A stretch of 63,181 bases of DNA from Verrucomicrobiales bacterium (GCA_046075565.1 JBJTQJ010000100.1:1-63181), one strand, 5' to 3'; counted from the stretch's first letter, positions 29,727 to 40,354 are shown. A program made the numbers and translations. The notes: generated by a model not told the origin, from the letters alone.

Positions 29727-31546
29727 GTCGTGACTCGAGAGTATGAATTCTGCGCCGGACGGGATAACCACCACCAGGAGACGAGTAAAGCAGCCAGCAC
29801 GAGAAGGACGGCCAGTCTCCACCATGCGTCATCCGCCGGGTCGGACTTGGCTGCACCAATGGTCGATGGATCAAATGAGTCCACCGGCGCACATGCGGAA
29901 AAGTCACCTTCCCGGGCATCAGCGAATGCCACCGCACCTTCGATGAGAATGATGTCGCCGTCGCGCACGCGGAAGAATCCCGCTCTGGCCGGAGCGTGCA
30001 AGCCGGCGCGTAAACCGCTCGGGATTTCCCGGACGGAAATCACCTTCCCGTCGCGCCCGAGAGTCTCCATAACAAGAGGAGTTGTCCCCGATGGGAGCAG
30101 ACCGCCAATCATTTGTCCTGGATCCACTCGTTCCCACGCCGTGGCCTCCTTCGTGGCGCGCAGGCTCTCGGAGTAACGGAGCAGGAGAATGGCAGCGGCC
30201 GGCAAACGACGCAGATTCGAGTGTTCCGGATTGAAATGGAAAACCAGTTGGCGCAGCGGCGGGCCGCCATCCGTGCGCGCCGGATTGCGCAAACTGATCA
30301 CCGGTTCCGCATTCATCCAGACGAGCGGTGTATCATCCGAGAGCGGCGGAAGCAGATCTTGTTTCCCGATGGCCAGTCCGTCCCATGACAAACCCTCATT
30401 GAACGGATGCCTGGCCGCTACGGGCGGGCCCGCGAGCACACCGTCCTCCGGTTTTGCTTCACCCGTGCAGAAAAAAATGGCATCCCCTACGGGAGGAAAG
30501 GTCCCATCCGAGGAGCCGACAATCACGAAATCGGCGTCATCCGCATCAAGGGCCTTCTCCAGCGCTGGCACACCTTTGCCCATCATTTCACCAATCCACT
30601 TCAGTTGCGCCGGCAACATATCGTGCACCAATAATGGGCGTGGCTCGGCTTTGACGAATGGGAAGCGATCATCGGGCGTGAAGTCATCTGCATCGATGAC
30701 CAGTTCGCAGCGGGCGGCTCCGCGTGGCAGCAATCCACCGATGGTCGCGATGCCGCGGGCGGGAAGCACGGTTTTTCCTGTAACGACTTCGTTGGAGTCG
30801 TCCCAAGCAAGTGTCCATGAGGTCTCCTTGTCGCGGGTGCCCCGGTTGGCAAGCATGGCCTCCCAGCGTGTGCCGTCTTTCCCGCGGGTTACTGTCACGC
30901 CGGTGATGCCGGCATTCGGAACAGTCTTGCCAGTGGAAACGATTGAGACATCCGGAGGAAGATTGTCGCGTGGAGTATCTGTCAAATAGACAACTAATCC
31001 TTCCGGGCCGACGCGTTCCCGCGCCAGTCGCAGGGCGGCACCGGGATCGACCGGGCCTCCATTCGGTTCGTGGGCCAGCAACGACTTCGAAGCTTCCGCG
31101 GCGTCATCACCCGCATGGATGCGTGGAGCATCCGGCCGCGCGGGCAAAAGAAGAAACTCGCTGCGCACACCGAACTTTTTCAGCGAGGTGGTCATTTCTC
31201 CGAACTTCTTCACCGATGCTTCGCGGAAAACGCGCATGGAGGCGGAGTCATCAACCACCACCGCCAGCGGACGCGAACGCCATTGCCACGGCCAGCGCGG
31301 AGAGGCTAGGACGAGCGTGAGCAGAATCACGCCGAGCAATTGCATCCAGAGCGGCAGCGAAGGAACGAGCTTTTCCCATCGTCTCCCGGCTGGTGGTGCT
31401 TGGAATGCTGCTTCGAGCAGAAACAAGGTCGAAGCCGGAATCTCCTTTGTGCGCCGCTGCAGGAAATGGATGGCCAAGACTGCGGGCAGGCCGAGCAGGC
31501 CGAGCAATCCCCAGGGGTTGGCGAAAAGGGCATTCATGGGCGACAT
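29723..31546 (-). CDS. BatA N-terminal plus vWA membrane protein
   Basis: FANPWGLLGL...AIHFL...STLFL, VVDDSASM, C-terminal TM. Confidence 0.85.
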   Translation of the reverse strand: MSPMNALFANPWGLLGLLGLPAVLAIHFLQRRTKEIPASTLFLLEAAFQAPPAGRRWEKLVPSLPLWMQLLGVILLTLVLASPRWPWQWRSRPLAVVVDDSASMRVFREASVKKFGEMTTSLKKFGVRSEFLLLPARPDAPRIHAGDDAAEASKSLLAHEPNGGPVDPGAALRLARERVGPEGLVVYLTDTPRDNLPPDVSIVSTGKTVPNAGITGVTVTRGKDGTRWEAMLANRGTRDKETSWTLAWDDSNEVVTGKTVLPARGIATIGGLLPRGAARCELVIDADDFTPDDRFPFVKAEPRPLLVHDMLPAQLKWIGEMMGKGVPALEKALDADDADFVIVGSSDGTFPPVGDAIFFCTGEAKPEDGVLAGPPVAARHPFNEGLSWDGLAIGKQDLLPPLSDDTPLVWMNAEPVISLRNPARTDGGPPLRQLVFHFNPEHSNLRRLPAAAILLLRYSESLRATKEATAWERVDPGQMIGGLLPSGTTPLVMETLGRDGKVISVREIPSGLRAGLHAPARAGFFRVRDGDIILIEGAVAFADAREGDFSACAPVDSFDPSTIGAAKSDPADDAWWRLAVLLVLAALLVSWWWLSRPAQNSYSRVTT

Positions 31547-31549
31547 GGG

Positions 31550-32428
31550 TTAATTGGGTTCGATGACACCATTTGGTGTCGCCTCGTGGGCCAGTCCGCT
31601 TTCGAGGTCGCCGCCGGCCGGCACCCGTGCGACCGCGATGTGGAATTTGCGGCAAAGATCCTTCCAGACCCGGAAGTGGGCAGCATAGGCTTCAAGGTAG
31701 CGACGGAGCACCGGTGGTGGCACTGCATGGGAGCGACGTTCGACGGTTTCGATATCAACGAAGTCGCAGGTCCCCGACCATCCAGGATCCGATTCCTCCG
31801 CCGCGAAAGGTGCAAACACGATACCCGAGCCGCCACGCGCTGAAAGCAGGCGGGTCCATGGTGAGGGATCTCCTGGAAACAACAAATCACTGATAAACAC
31901 TCGCATCGAGCCCGACCTTGTTTGCATCTCATGGGGAGGAGGCAGGGATTTTCCGGCTTCCGTTTCGGGAAGAAACCGTGCCCAGTCTCCGGCGGCGGAC
32001 TCCGCCAAAGGCAGGGGATGGGCGCGACCAGCGGACACTGCCTTGATTTCAATCTGCGCTCCGCAGCGGCGCGCGCTTTCGATGGCGAAGTGAAACAACT
32101 CCACCGCCCTCCGCCCCTTCGCCTCGTTGAGGAACATCGATCCCGTCGCATCGAGCCAGATCTCGACCAATGGTCGCGTCTCCTCGCGATACAATTTGAG
32201 CGTGTATTGACCCGTGCGGGCATAAGCCTGCCAGTTGATGTGGCGCGGATCATCGCCCGGCACATACTGGCGATGATCCTGGAAATCCATCGAGGCCCCG
32301 GTGCCGTGGCCCGCCATCTCGCCCGCCACACCTTGCCACAAGCGCGAGCGCAAGGGCAGTGACCACCGTGCCGAAGCCGTTGCTGCCGCCCGCACGCAAT
32401 CGCGGATGATGGAATTGTCGGGAATCAT
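31550..32428 (-). CDS. DUF58 (MoxR-associated vWA-like) protein
   Basis: GASMDFQDHRQYVPGDDPRHINW, LDATGSM, FISD. Confidence 0.9.
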   Translation of the reverse strand: MIPDNSIIRDCVRAAATASARWSLPLRSRLWQGVAGEMAGHGTGASMDFQDHRQYVPGDDPRHINWQAYARTGQYTLKLYREETRPLVEIWLDATGSMFLNEAKGRRAVELFHFAIESARRCGAQIEIKAVSAGRAHPLPLAESAAGDWARFLPETEAGKSLPPPHEMQTRSGSMRVFISDLLFPGDPSPWTRLLSARGGSGIVFAPFAAEESDPGWSGTCDFVDIETVERRSHAVPPPVLRRYLEAYAAHFRVWKDLCRKFHIAVARVPAGGDLESGLAHEATPNGVIEPN

Positions 32429-32433
32429 CGAGA

Positions 32434-33825
32434 TCAATTGAAGTCGCGGTAGTGCCGGAGGGCTACCGCAAAGTGTGTCGGGTGCCGGTAGTCTTGGGTC
32501 ATCAGTCCGAAGAGCAGGCAGACGATGAAGTAAATGGCGGCCAGACCGATGAGGCTGCCCACAGCCACCGGACTGGCAAGCATGAGGAATCCCGCCGGAA
32601 AAAGACAGGCAAGCAGTAGGAATGGATTCGAGACCCGGGATAGCACATCTCTGTCTCCCTTCTCGCGCATCGCGACGATGAAGATGGGAAAGAAGGGTAG
32701 CACCGGCAAAATGATGCAAGCAATGGCTTGGCCCACCCCGAAGGGAGAGCGGAACGGGCTCCACTCTGCTCGGAGCAAGGTCATGGCCGCGAAATGCGTG
32801 AACAGAACCAACGACGCGAAGAGCCCGCCATGCGCCCACCCTGGAAGAAGAAAACGTGCCGCCCATCGACCACGCCAACCGTTTTCGAGATAGGTTCGTG
32901 CCATCGCAGTGGAAATGACTGGTGGTTCCACGAACGTCGCGGCCAGAAGTATGAAAGAGAACAAGGACGCGGTGAGCGCCCGGTCCACCGGCGGCCACCC
33001 GGGCAGCAGCAGCAGAAAGAGGAGCAATCCCAGGCCGGCTTTCCGCACGCGGGCACTGCCCATTTCATGGCTAGCGGAAATTTGCGCGGCCCCGGCGTGC
33101 AAGGCGAGCCGGATGGCCGCCACACCCACCAGAGTCAGGGCGAGAAATGCTGCGTAAAATCCCGGAGCCGTGGCATCGCCTTTCAATGCGGCTTCAGTGG
33201 AGGAAGATCGGCCAAGAATACTAAAGGTTAGAAGCAGAAAGTAACCCGCGACCACCGGCAAGGTGAACATCGAAAGTTTGGACACCGCAACCGAAGCCGA
33301 CACAGCCACGGCCGTGATGATGCCGGAAGCCATGAGCATCCAATAGAAGGTCGAAAGTTCTGCGAACAAACTCATGCCGCCGAGGTGGTATCGCAGCACA
33401 AGGTAGGGAAGAAGCGATACCGCCATGAGCAATGTCTGGCTGAAAAGAGCAAACCACTTCCCGATGAAGATCTTCGCAGAATCAAGTTTTGTCAGACGCA
33501 GCAGGTCCAAGCTATCGGTTTTGGTCTCTGCCGAAATGGTGAAGAGGGCGCGCAATGGCTGAAGGAAAATCCCGAAGGCGGCGAAGCTGGTGAAAATCAC
33601 GCCGGAAATGATCGCTCCCGCGCCTGGATTCACCTCGCCCCCAGTGCGAAGGGCATCAAAGGCCATCAGATAGGCCGAGGCAAGAATTCCGTGAGCGAGC
33701 AAGAACACCAGCATGAATGGCATCTGCCGCAGGCCTTGCCGCAGTTCCTTGACCACGATGGGATTGAGCCAGTCGGGAAAATCCCGGGCATCGACATTTT
33801 CCGGACTGGTAATCGCGCTTTGCAT
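32434..33825 (-). CDS. ABC-type permease-like membrane protein (paralog 2)
   Basis: NPIVVKELRQGLR, LDLLRLT, GKW; multiple TMs. Confidence 0.78.
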   Translation of the reverse strand: MQSAITSPENVDARDFPDWLNPIVVKELRQGLRQMPFMLVFLLAHGILASAYLMAFDALRTGGEVNPGAGAIISGVIFTSFAAFGIFLQPLRALFTISAETKTDSLDLLRLTKLDSAKIFIGKWFALFSQTLLMAVSLLPYLVLRYHLGGMSLFAELSTFYWMLMASGIITAVAVSASVAVSKLSMFTLPVVAGYFLLLTFSILGRSSSTEAALKGDATAPGFYAAFLALTLVGVAAIRLALHAGAAQISASHEMGSARVRKAGLGLLLFLLLLPGWPPVDRALTASLFSFILLAATFVEPPVISTAMARTYLENGWRGRWAARFLLPGWAHGGLFASLVLFTHFAAMTLLRAEWSPFRSPFGVGQAIACIILPVLPFFPIFIVAMREKGDRDVLSRVSNPFLLLACLFPAGFLMLASPVAVGSLIGLAAIYFIVCLLFGLMTQDYRHPTHFAVALRHYRDFN

Positions 33826-33831
33826 CTTTGG

Positions 33832-35340
33832 TCACGATGCAGGTGGACTGCCATCCTCCGGCTGGCGGAACAACTCGTTGCTGCGCCGGAACCAAGAACG
33901 GGCAAGGAAGACCAACACTCCCCACCAGCAGGCGAGAACGAGTAAGGCAGGGAACATTCCCGCGACATCGTTGTTGTCCAATTCATCAATTCCGGCGATC
34001 CCGAGTGGAGGGAAGACCAGGAAAAACCACGCCACGGCTTCCTCGACATCAAGGGCATGAGCGAGAATGGTGATCAAAAGCGACACAATGCCGCACCCGA
34101 TGAGCACGACACAATAGAGAGGAAATGTATTCCGGTGCGCTTTGCGGAAAAGCGCCAGCCCGATGGCGGGAAGAAGAAGGGAAGCAAACCAAAGCGCAAT
34201 GAACATCAAGCCCGTCCGGTCGTCGCGACTCATGCTGGTTTCCGAGAAATGATAGAATGAACTCGCGAAGAAAAACGCGAGGAGAATTCCCACAAAAAGG
34301 GCCCCGTGATGCCAACCGGGAAGCAGGACGGCACCGAGCAGCCGCCCAAGGGGCCCGAAACGCCGGAAAGGTTTCCATACCGAGGCGGTGAATTCCGGGT
34401 TCTCGGTAATGGCATCGATCAGGAGGAGAAAGACGAGGAATCCCGCGATGATAAACTTCGGTTCGGGATCCCATGGCGTCACCCACAAGGTCAGCGCAAC
34501 CACGAGCAGTCCAAGCAGCCTCTTGCGTGTGCTCCGGTTCTCCGAAGGCGGAGCGATCTGCGTGGCACCCATCTCCAGGAAGTAGTAGCCGATGAAGATC
34601 GCGACCACGATGAAAGCGGCGTAACCGAGCAGGAAGCCCGATTGACTCGGATCCATGAAGGATGGACCACCGCGCATTGAGGACCCCACGATGAGGGAGG
34701 CGACGCCGCCGGCGGCGAAGCCGAAGAGACAGAAGGCAAGTCCGAGCGCGAATAGGCCGCGAAGAACGACCGAGGTGGTAGCCGAGAATCCAACCGCCGC
34801 TGCGGTCAGGGCACCCGAAAGCACCAGGATGGTGAACAAACCCAGCAGTTCGTTGAACAACTGCATGCCGCCCAGATAATACCGCATGATCAAATAGGGC
34901 AGAATCGCGATGAGCAGCAGGCAGGTCTGGGTGAAGAGGGCCAGCCATTTGCCGACCGTGATTCGCCACGAATCCATGCGCGTGAGCAACAAAAGATCAA
35001 TCGTTCCCGGTTTGATTTCCCCCGCGAGCGCATTCAGTCCCCGCAATGGCTGCACGCCAAGGGCCGCGATGGCGAAGAGGGTGAAAAAGAATCCCGTGAT
35101 GGTCGTGCCTGCACGGAGGCCGTCTTGATCGCCCGGAGTTGCCCCGACCAGCGATCCGAAGACAACGATGCCCATGATGGCCTGGAGGAAAATGAAGAGC
35201 AGGGTGAAACCGTGCTGCCGCAATCCCTGGCGGAGTTCCTTCACGAGGATCGGGCTCAGCCGATCAGGGAAATCCTTCAACAGCGCGGCGTTCGGCGCCG
35301 TGGGGATGGCAGGCGAGGAGATTGGTGTGGGATCGCTCAT
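33832..35340 (-). CDS. ABC-type permease-like membrane protein (paralog 1)
   Basis: SPILVKELRQGLR, IDLLLLT, GKW; start overlaps the ATPase stop (ATGA). Confidence 0.78.
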   Translation of the reverse strand: MSDPTPISSPAIPTAPNAALLKDFPDRLSPILVKELRQGLRQHGFTLLFIFLQAIMGIVVFGSLVGATPGDQDGLRAGTTITGFFFTLFAIAALGVQPLRGLNALAGEIKPGTIDLLLLTRMDSWRITVGKWLALFTQTCLLLIAILPYLIMRYYLGGMQLFNELLGLFTILVLSGALTAAAVGFSATTSVVLRGLFALGLAFCLFGFAAGGVASLIVGSSMRGGPSFMDPSQSGFLLGYAAFIVVAIFIGYYFLEMGATQIAPPSENRSTRKRLLGLLVVALTLWVTPWDPEPKFIIAGFLVFLLLIDAITENPEFTASVWKPFRRFGPLGRLLGAVLLPGWHHGALFVGILLAFFFASSFYHFSETSMSRDDRTGLMFIALWFASLLLPAIGLALFRKAHRNTFPLYCVVLIGCGIVSLLITILAHALDVEEAVAWFFLVFPPLGIAGIDELDNNDVAGMFPALLVLACWWGVLVFLARSWFRRSNELFRQPEDGSPPAS

Positions 35341-36329
35341 GCGGATGGAGGAGAAGCGGGTTGGAGAATTGGTGGCGGTGGAGGAGGTGCAGTGTGCTTG
35401 CCAACCATGGCCATGAAGGCGTCCTCGAGATTGCGTTGCTCGCGGTGGAAATCGGTGATGGCCAAGCCATCCTTGATCATGCGGGAAAGAAGCCGCGCGG
35501 CCGCTTCGGGTTCGGAATTCGTCATGCGCAAACGTCCGCCATGTTTGCGATCCTCGAGCCATTCGACCTCCGGCTGCATGCGGCACCAGGTCGCGAGGGC
35601 GGCCGGTTCACCAAAGATTTCGACGCCATAAATGACCCCGCCTCCGATGTCGGTGCTGCGTTTGAGTGAATCGGCGTCGCCGTGGTGAACGATTTTCCCC
35701 CCGTTGATGAAAACGAGCGAATCGCACATCTCGCCAAGCTCCGAGAGGATGTGCGAGGAAATGAAAATGGTTTTCCCTTCGGTGGCGAGCAGCCGGATGA
35801 GGTGTTTCAGCTCGACCCGCGCCTTCGGATCAAGTCCGGCGGCCGGTTCGTCGAGGATGAGCACTTCCGGATCATGGATGAGGGCGCGCCCGAGACAAAG
35901 CCGCTGGGTCATGCCCTTCGACAGCTTGTTGGCCGGGCGATCGGCGATGGAGAGCAGATCGGTGAACTCCATCACTTCCTGCAACCTCGCCACCCGTTCG
36001 TTGCCTTTGAATCCGAGCGCCCGCGCATGGAAATCCATGAACTCGAGCACATTCATGTGCGAATAGACATGGAAATGGTCGGGCACCCAGCCGAGACGGT
36101 GGCGCACCTTCCACGGTTCCTGCACCACATCGACCCCGCTCACCAGCACACGCCCGGAAGTGGGGTGATCGAGGGTGGCGAGGATACGCATGGTCGTGGT
36201 TTTCCCGGCCCCGTTCGAGCCGATGAACCCGCAGACACTTCCTTTGGGGATTTCGAAATCGACTCCATCGACCGCCCGGATATTTCCGAAGCGGCGGTGG
36301 AGGTTGCTGACGGCGATGGCGGCTGACAT
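35337..36329 (-). CDS. ABC transporter ATP-binding protein
   Basis: GSNGAGKTT, LSKGM, ILDEP, SSH. Confidence 0.93.
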   Translation of the reverse strand: MSAAIAVSNLHRRFGNIRAVDGVDFEIPKGSVCGFIGSNGAGKTTTMRILATLDHPTSGRVLVSGVDVVQEPWKVRHRLGWVPDHFHVYSHMNVLEFMDFHARALGFKGNERVARLQEVMEFTDLLSIADRPANKLSKGMTQRLCLGRALIHDPEVLILDEPAAGLDPKARVELKHLIRLLATEGKTIFISSHILSELGEMCDSLVFINGGKIVHHGDADSLKRSTDIGGGVIYGVEIFGEPAALATWCRMQPEVEWLEDRKHGGRLRMTNSEPEAAARLLSRMIKDGLAITDFHREQRNLEDAFMAMVGKHTAPPPPPPILQPASPPSA

Positions 36330-36345
36330 GTTCGGAAAAGTGGAA

Positions 36346-38013
36346 TCAGGGTTGGAAGAGGGGGCCTGTTATGACCGCCTGGTCGGTCCAGCGAATGGAC
36401 GCATGGGTCTTCACCCCTTCGGGCGCGCTGGTGAAGGCGATGAAACTCCCCCGGCGTTGCGCGGCTTCGTTGGCACGACTGGCGATCTCGTCTGGCGCTT
36501 TGTCGAGCAGCGTCGACCATTCCGTGCGGGGTTCGGTTGCATTCACCGGTTGCACCCCGACGGGTTCGCCCATTTTCATGGGACCGGTTTTCCACCAGTT
36601 GCCCTCTGTGTCCCTGAACCACAAGGCGTCGAGTGGGAAGGCAAAAGTAGAGGTCAATTTCGCGCTGGCGCCGGACCCGCGGATTTCGATGCGCCCGCGA
36701 CCCGGCACGGTGGCAGTGACCCGGTAATTCTGGCTGGTGCGGCTGACGAACCACGCGCCATTTCCTTCCAGATTGTCCGGATCGGCGATGAGTTCTTTTG
36801 CTGCCCCGGATCCCGAATAGCGGTAGTCACTGCTGCCATCGGTGAGATTCTGGATGGTGGCCGAGACACCCGAAGCGAAGTCCGTGCTGAAGAGCACGCC
36901 ACAACGACTGGTCTGGTATTGAATGACATGATTCACCGCTTCCCCTTCGCCCGGACGGTTTTCAATGAGCAGGAATCGATGTCCTTTTCCGCCAAGACCA
37001 TCGCCCAGCAGCACGAAGACAAGGAGAAGCGCACTCGTCGAAAGGGCGATCACCGGGACGCTGAAGAACAACCGGTGCCTCCGTTTGGCAGGGGCGAGCA
37101 GGAATAGATTGACCGGCCCGATAAGGACGGCGAAACCGACCAGCACCACGAGCATGAGCAAACTCGTGAGTGTCGAAGAGCGTTTCGGGAAAAATTCCGG
37201 CGCGTTGCGCTTCCATTCGGCAAGACTGTCTGAATAGGACGCTTTGGTTGCAACGGCTTTGTTGATAAACTCGGGATCAAGTTTCTCATTTACCACCGTC
37301 ATGGCTTTGCCCAGACCCACATGCCCCGGTCGGTTGGGATCCTCCGGCTTGGGAAAACCGGGCAAAGTCGAGGCCGACGTTTCGTCGGGCACAATGACCA
37401 CCAGGGCTCCTCCGCTTTTTACATAATGGCTGATCGCGACCCGTGCTCCCGGTTCCATGGCCCGCCATTCCGAATCGGCTACCACGATACCACGATATCC
37501 GACATAAGCCCGCCAGTCCGTGGGAGCAATACCGGTGCTGAAGGATGTCATACCAGTGCCGCTGAACATATTGCCACGACCCATGGTAGACGTTGCGCCC
37601 TTAAGCACACCTTCAAAAGTGCCGCTTTGGTTTTGTTCACTAAAGCGCACGCTGTCGCTGACACCGCTGGCGAAGATCTCCAGATTGATGCCATATGAGT
37701 AGCCGCCGCGTTCGCTGCCGCTCGCCATCAAAACCGTAGTGGTCCTCGATTCACCGGCAGGGCATTCGAAGATCATATTCCGCCGGAACTCTCCATAGCC
37801 GTTGGTGTTCTGGTTGACCGACCAACGCGCGTCTCTGCTTCGCGAGGTCATTTCCACGATTAAGGGATAGAAGCCATCGTTGGGAATATCGTCAAAGGGA
37901 CTGCTCAGGCGCAGGGTATTGCCATTCGCATCGGTGAAGCTGTTCACCGGCACCGCCTGTGCGAGGACGGTTGCGGCGGAGAGAAAAAGAAAAAGTAGGA
38001 TCTTCGCGATCAT
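36346..38013 (-). CDS. Exported/membrane hypothetical protein of the MoxR operon
   Basis: Signal peptide, central two-TM hairpin with IGPVN; start overlaps the moxR stop. Confidence 0.75.
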   Translation of the reverse strand: MIAKILLFLFLSAATVLAQAVPVNSFTDANGNTLRLSSPFDDIPNDGFYPLIVEMTSRSRDARWSVNQNTNGYGEFRRNMIFECPAGESRTTTVLMASGSERGGYSYGINLEIFASGVSDSVRFSEQNQSGTFEGVLKGATSTMGRGNMFSGTGMTSFSTGIAPTDWRAYVGYRGIVVADSEWRAMEPGARVAISHYVKSGGALVVIVPDETSASTLPGFPKPEDPNRPGHVGLGKAMTVVNEKLDPEFINKAVATKASYSDSLAEWKRNAPEFFPKRSSTLTSLLMLVVLVGFAVLIGPVNLFLLAPAKRRHRLFFSVPVIALSTSALLLVFVLLGDGLGGKGHRFLLIENRPGEGEAVNHVIQYQTSRCGVLFSTDFASGVSATIQNLTDGSSDYRYSGSGAAKELIADPDNLEGNGAWFVSRTSQNYRVTATVPGRGRIEIRGSGASAKLTSTFAFPLDALWFRDTEGNWWKTGPMKMGEPVGVQPVNATEPRTEWSTLLDKAPDEIASRANEAAQRRGSFIAFTSAPEGVKTHASIRWTDQAVITGPLFQP

Positions 38014-39035
38014 GGACGGGTTGCGGGTTGCAGGGTGCGGGGAAGATTCTGTTCGTCTGCGGGGATTTCCTCTAACAGAGCGCGGATCACCGTCGCGGTG
38101 GTCCGGCCTTCGACGCGGGCCTGATAATCGAGCAGGATGCGGTGGCGCAACACCGCCGGGGCGAGGAACCGCACGTCCTCGAAACTCGCGTTCGGTCGTC
38201 CGTGCAACAAGGCCCGGGCTTTCGAAGCCGCGGCCAGTGAAAGGGCCGCGCGCGGACTCGCCCCGAATCGCACTCCTTCCGACGCCTTCGCCACCCCGGG
38301 ATGGGTCGCATCCACGATGCGCGCGATGTAGTTCGCCACCACCGGCGGCAGGTAAAGCCTTCGTGTCAGCGTGATATGCCCCAGCCACTCGGCGGTGGTC
38401 AAGACCTGGCGCACTTCCGGCACCGCGCCCAATTCGCGGTGGAGCACGATTTTCTCCAAGGTGCCCGCGCCGCCACGCCCGACTTCCAGTTTGAAGAGAA
38501 ACCGGTCGTGTTGTGCTTCCGGCAGCGGATACGTGCCTTCCAATTCTATCGGGTTCTGCGTGGCGAGCACATGGAACGGACGCGGCAGGGTGTGGGTTTC
38601 CCCGAGCACGGTGACCTGGCCTTCCTGCATGGCTTCAAGCAGGGCGGATTGGGTCTTCGGCGAGGCGCGGTTGATTTCATCGGCCAGCACGAGCGAGGCG
38701 AAGAGTGGACCGGGTTGAAAAACAAAGACGCGGTGGCCGTCACGTTCCTGCAGCACCGGGTTGCCGGTGATGTCGCCCGGTAACAAATCCGGCGTGAACT
38801 GCACGCGTTTGCTCGGCATGCCGATGGCCCGCGAGAGTCCTTTGACCAATTCCGTTTTGCCAAGGCCCGGCAAACCTTCGAGGAGGAGATGGCCGCCGGC
38901 GAGAAGTCCGGTCACCACCATTTCAACCAGTTCTTCCTGACCGAAGAGCAGTCGGTTCAATTCGTCGGTGAGATGATTGAGGGCCGTCGAGGCGGCCGCC
39001 AATTCTTGATCGGTGGGGATGGACTGGGTGCTCAT
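38010..39035 (-). CDS. moxR: MoxR-family AAA+ ATPase
   Basis: EGLPGLGKT, RVQFTPDLLPGDITG, LADEINRASPKTQSALLEAM, ATQNPIELEGTYPLPEAQ, GASPRA. Confidence 0.95.
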   Translation of the reverse strand: MSTQSIPTDQELAAASTALNHLTDELNRLLFGQEELVEMVVTGLLAGGHLLLEGLPGLGKTELVKGLSRAIGMPSKRVQFTPDLLPGDITGNPVLQERDGHRVFVFQPGPLFASLVLADEINRASPKTQSALLEAMQEGQVTVLGETHTLPRPFHVLATQNPIELEGTYPLPEAQHDRFLFKLEVGRGGAGTLEKIVLHRELGAVPEVRQVLTTAEWLGHITLTRRLYLPPVVANYIARIVDATHPGVAKASEGVRFGASPRAALSLAAASKARALLHGRPNASFEDVRFLAPAVLRHRILLDYQARVEGRTTATVIRALLEEIPADEQNLPRTLQPATRP

Positions 39036-40354
39036 TCGAAAATCTTCTTTAATGCTTCTTGCTCGCGGGGATGGAGGGAATCCTGCCAGGCCGCGCCGCC
39101 GCCGCCGCGCGATTCGGTGCCGCCTCCGCTTTGTTGGCCCGGAGAAACAGGGTCCACATCATGTTCGCTATTTTTCAATTCGAGCAAATCCCCCGGACGC
39201 GCCTGGTAAAAATCCCGAGTCTGGAGGGCTTTCGGACCGCCCGCTTTGAGTTCTTCCCCTTGTTGCCCCAGCGGGTTGCCGCCCTCGCCGGGTCCGCGGG
39301 CTGGGCCGCCGCGTCCATTGCGGGGCTCTTCCGGGTCGCCTTCACCGTCACCTTCGCCATTGCCTTCACCGTCCTCGCCTTCTTCTCCCTCTCCGGGTTT
39401 CTTCTCGGCCTGTCTTTGTTCGCGGAGGGCCTCGGCTGCCTGCCGCAGACCATCGAGCATCTCGTCGAGTTGCATGCGGTTGAGTTGGCCGAGTTGTTCG
39501 GGATCGAGTTTTTCCAATTGTTGCTTCAACGCGGCATTCGGTTCCAGGCCCGCGGTGCGCAACCCATCGAGGGCGCGTTGCAACTGCTCCTCATGGCGTG
39601 CCTTCTGCGCTGGACCGAGGGCGGGCGCGTTTGCACCCAAGGGTGCGGCATTTTCTCCGGCCCGGCGAAGTTCTCTCTCCATCGCCCGCATAGAGTCCTG
39701 ATGTTTTTTCTGCAAACGATCGGTCGCCTCGAGGGTGGCGTGTTTATACCATTCATCTTTGCCCCCGGCGCGGAGTTGTTCGATGGCCTTGCGGGTTTCT
39801 TCGGCGGACTTCGGATCGACCACCTTTTTGTCGACCATTTGCCGCAAATCTTCTTCCATGGTTTTCCATGCCGGGGGTTCCTCGGCCATCGTCGCAACGG
39901 CCGGTGCGGGAACCGGGATCAAGAGTCCGGCTACCATCAAGGCTGCCGCGACGAAGGGCGGAACCAAGGTGTTCGGCCAATGCCATTTGCGCACCGGAGG
40001 AGGGTAGGGCGGGGGAACCGGCCAGGGGCCGCGATCGGCGCTCGCCGTGGTAAGGGCGTTGTGCAGATGGTAGCCGACCTCGAGCACGACCATGGCCGCT
40101 TGTTCAGTGATAAAGTGCCGTCGCTGACGGCACCACGACCAGATCCCGCAGCCAACCACGATGATCGCGACCGACGGCCACATCCAAAGGGCCACCGCCG
40201 CCGGGTCGAGGCGACGCCACCACAAGGCTCCGCAGGCTGCCAGTAAGGACACGAGCACGAGCGGGCCACCAAGACCGTGCAACCACCAGCCGAAATTGGT
40301 CACGCGCCGGGTCCGGCGCGCCAAATTCCTCCATGTGAGCCCGTGTCCCGTCAT
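39032..40354 (-). CDS. Membrane-anchored coiled-coil protein with G/E-rich linker
   Basis: Three N-terminal TMs, helical Q/E/L region, GEGE repeats. Confidence 0.75.
   Translation of the reverse strand: MTGHGLTWRNLARRTRRVTNFGWWLHGLGGPLVLVSLLAACGALWWRRLDPAAVALWMWPSVAIIVVGCGIWSWCRQRRHFITEQAAMVVLEVGYHLHNALTTASADRGPWPVPPPYPPPVRKWHWPNTLVPPFVAAALMVAGLLIPVPAPAVATMAEEPPAWKTMEEDLRQMVDKKVVDPKSAEETRKAIEQLRAGGKDEWYKHATLEATDRLQKKHQDSMRAMERELRRAGENAAPLGANAPALGPAQKARHEEQLQRALDGLRTAGLEPNAALKQQLEKLDPEQLGQLNRMQLDEMLDGLRQAAEALREQRQAEKKPGEGEEGEDGEGNGEGDGEGDPEEPRNGRGGPARGPGEGGNPLGQQGEELKAGGPKALQTRDFYQARPGDLLELKNSEHDVDPVSPGQQSGGGTESRGGGGAAWQDSLHPREQEALKKIFE

Noticed and set aside
31550-38388. Long N-terminal extensions of ORFs 31550-32998, 33832-35586 and 36346-38388
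   Set aside because: They overlap upstream genes in another frame; internal ATGs adjacent to the upstream stops fit better.
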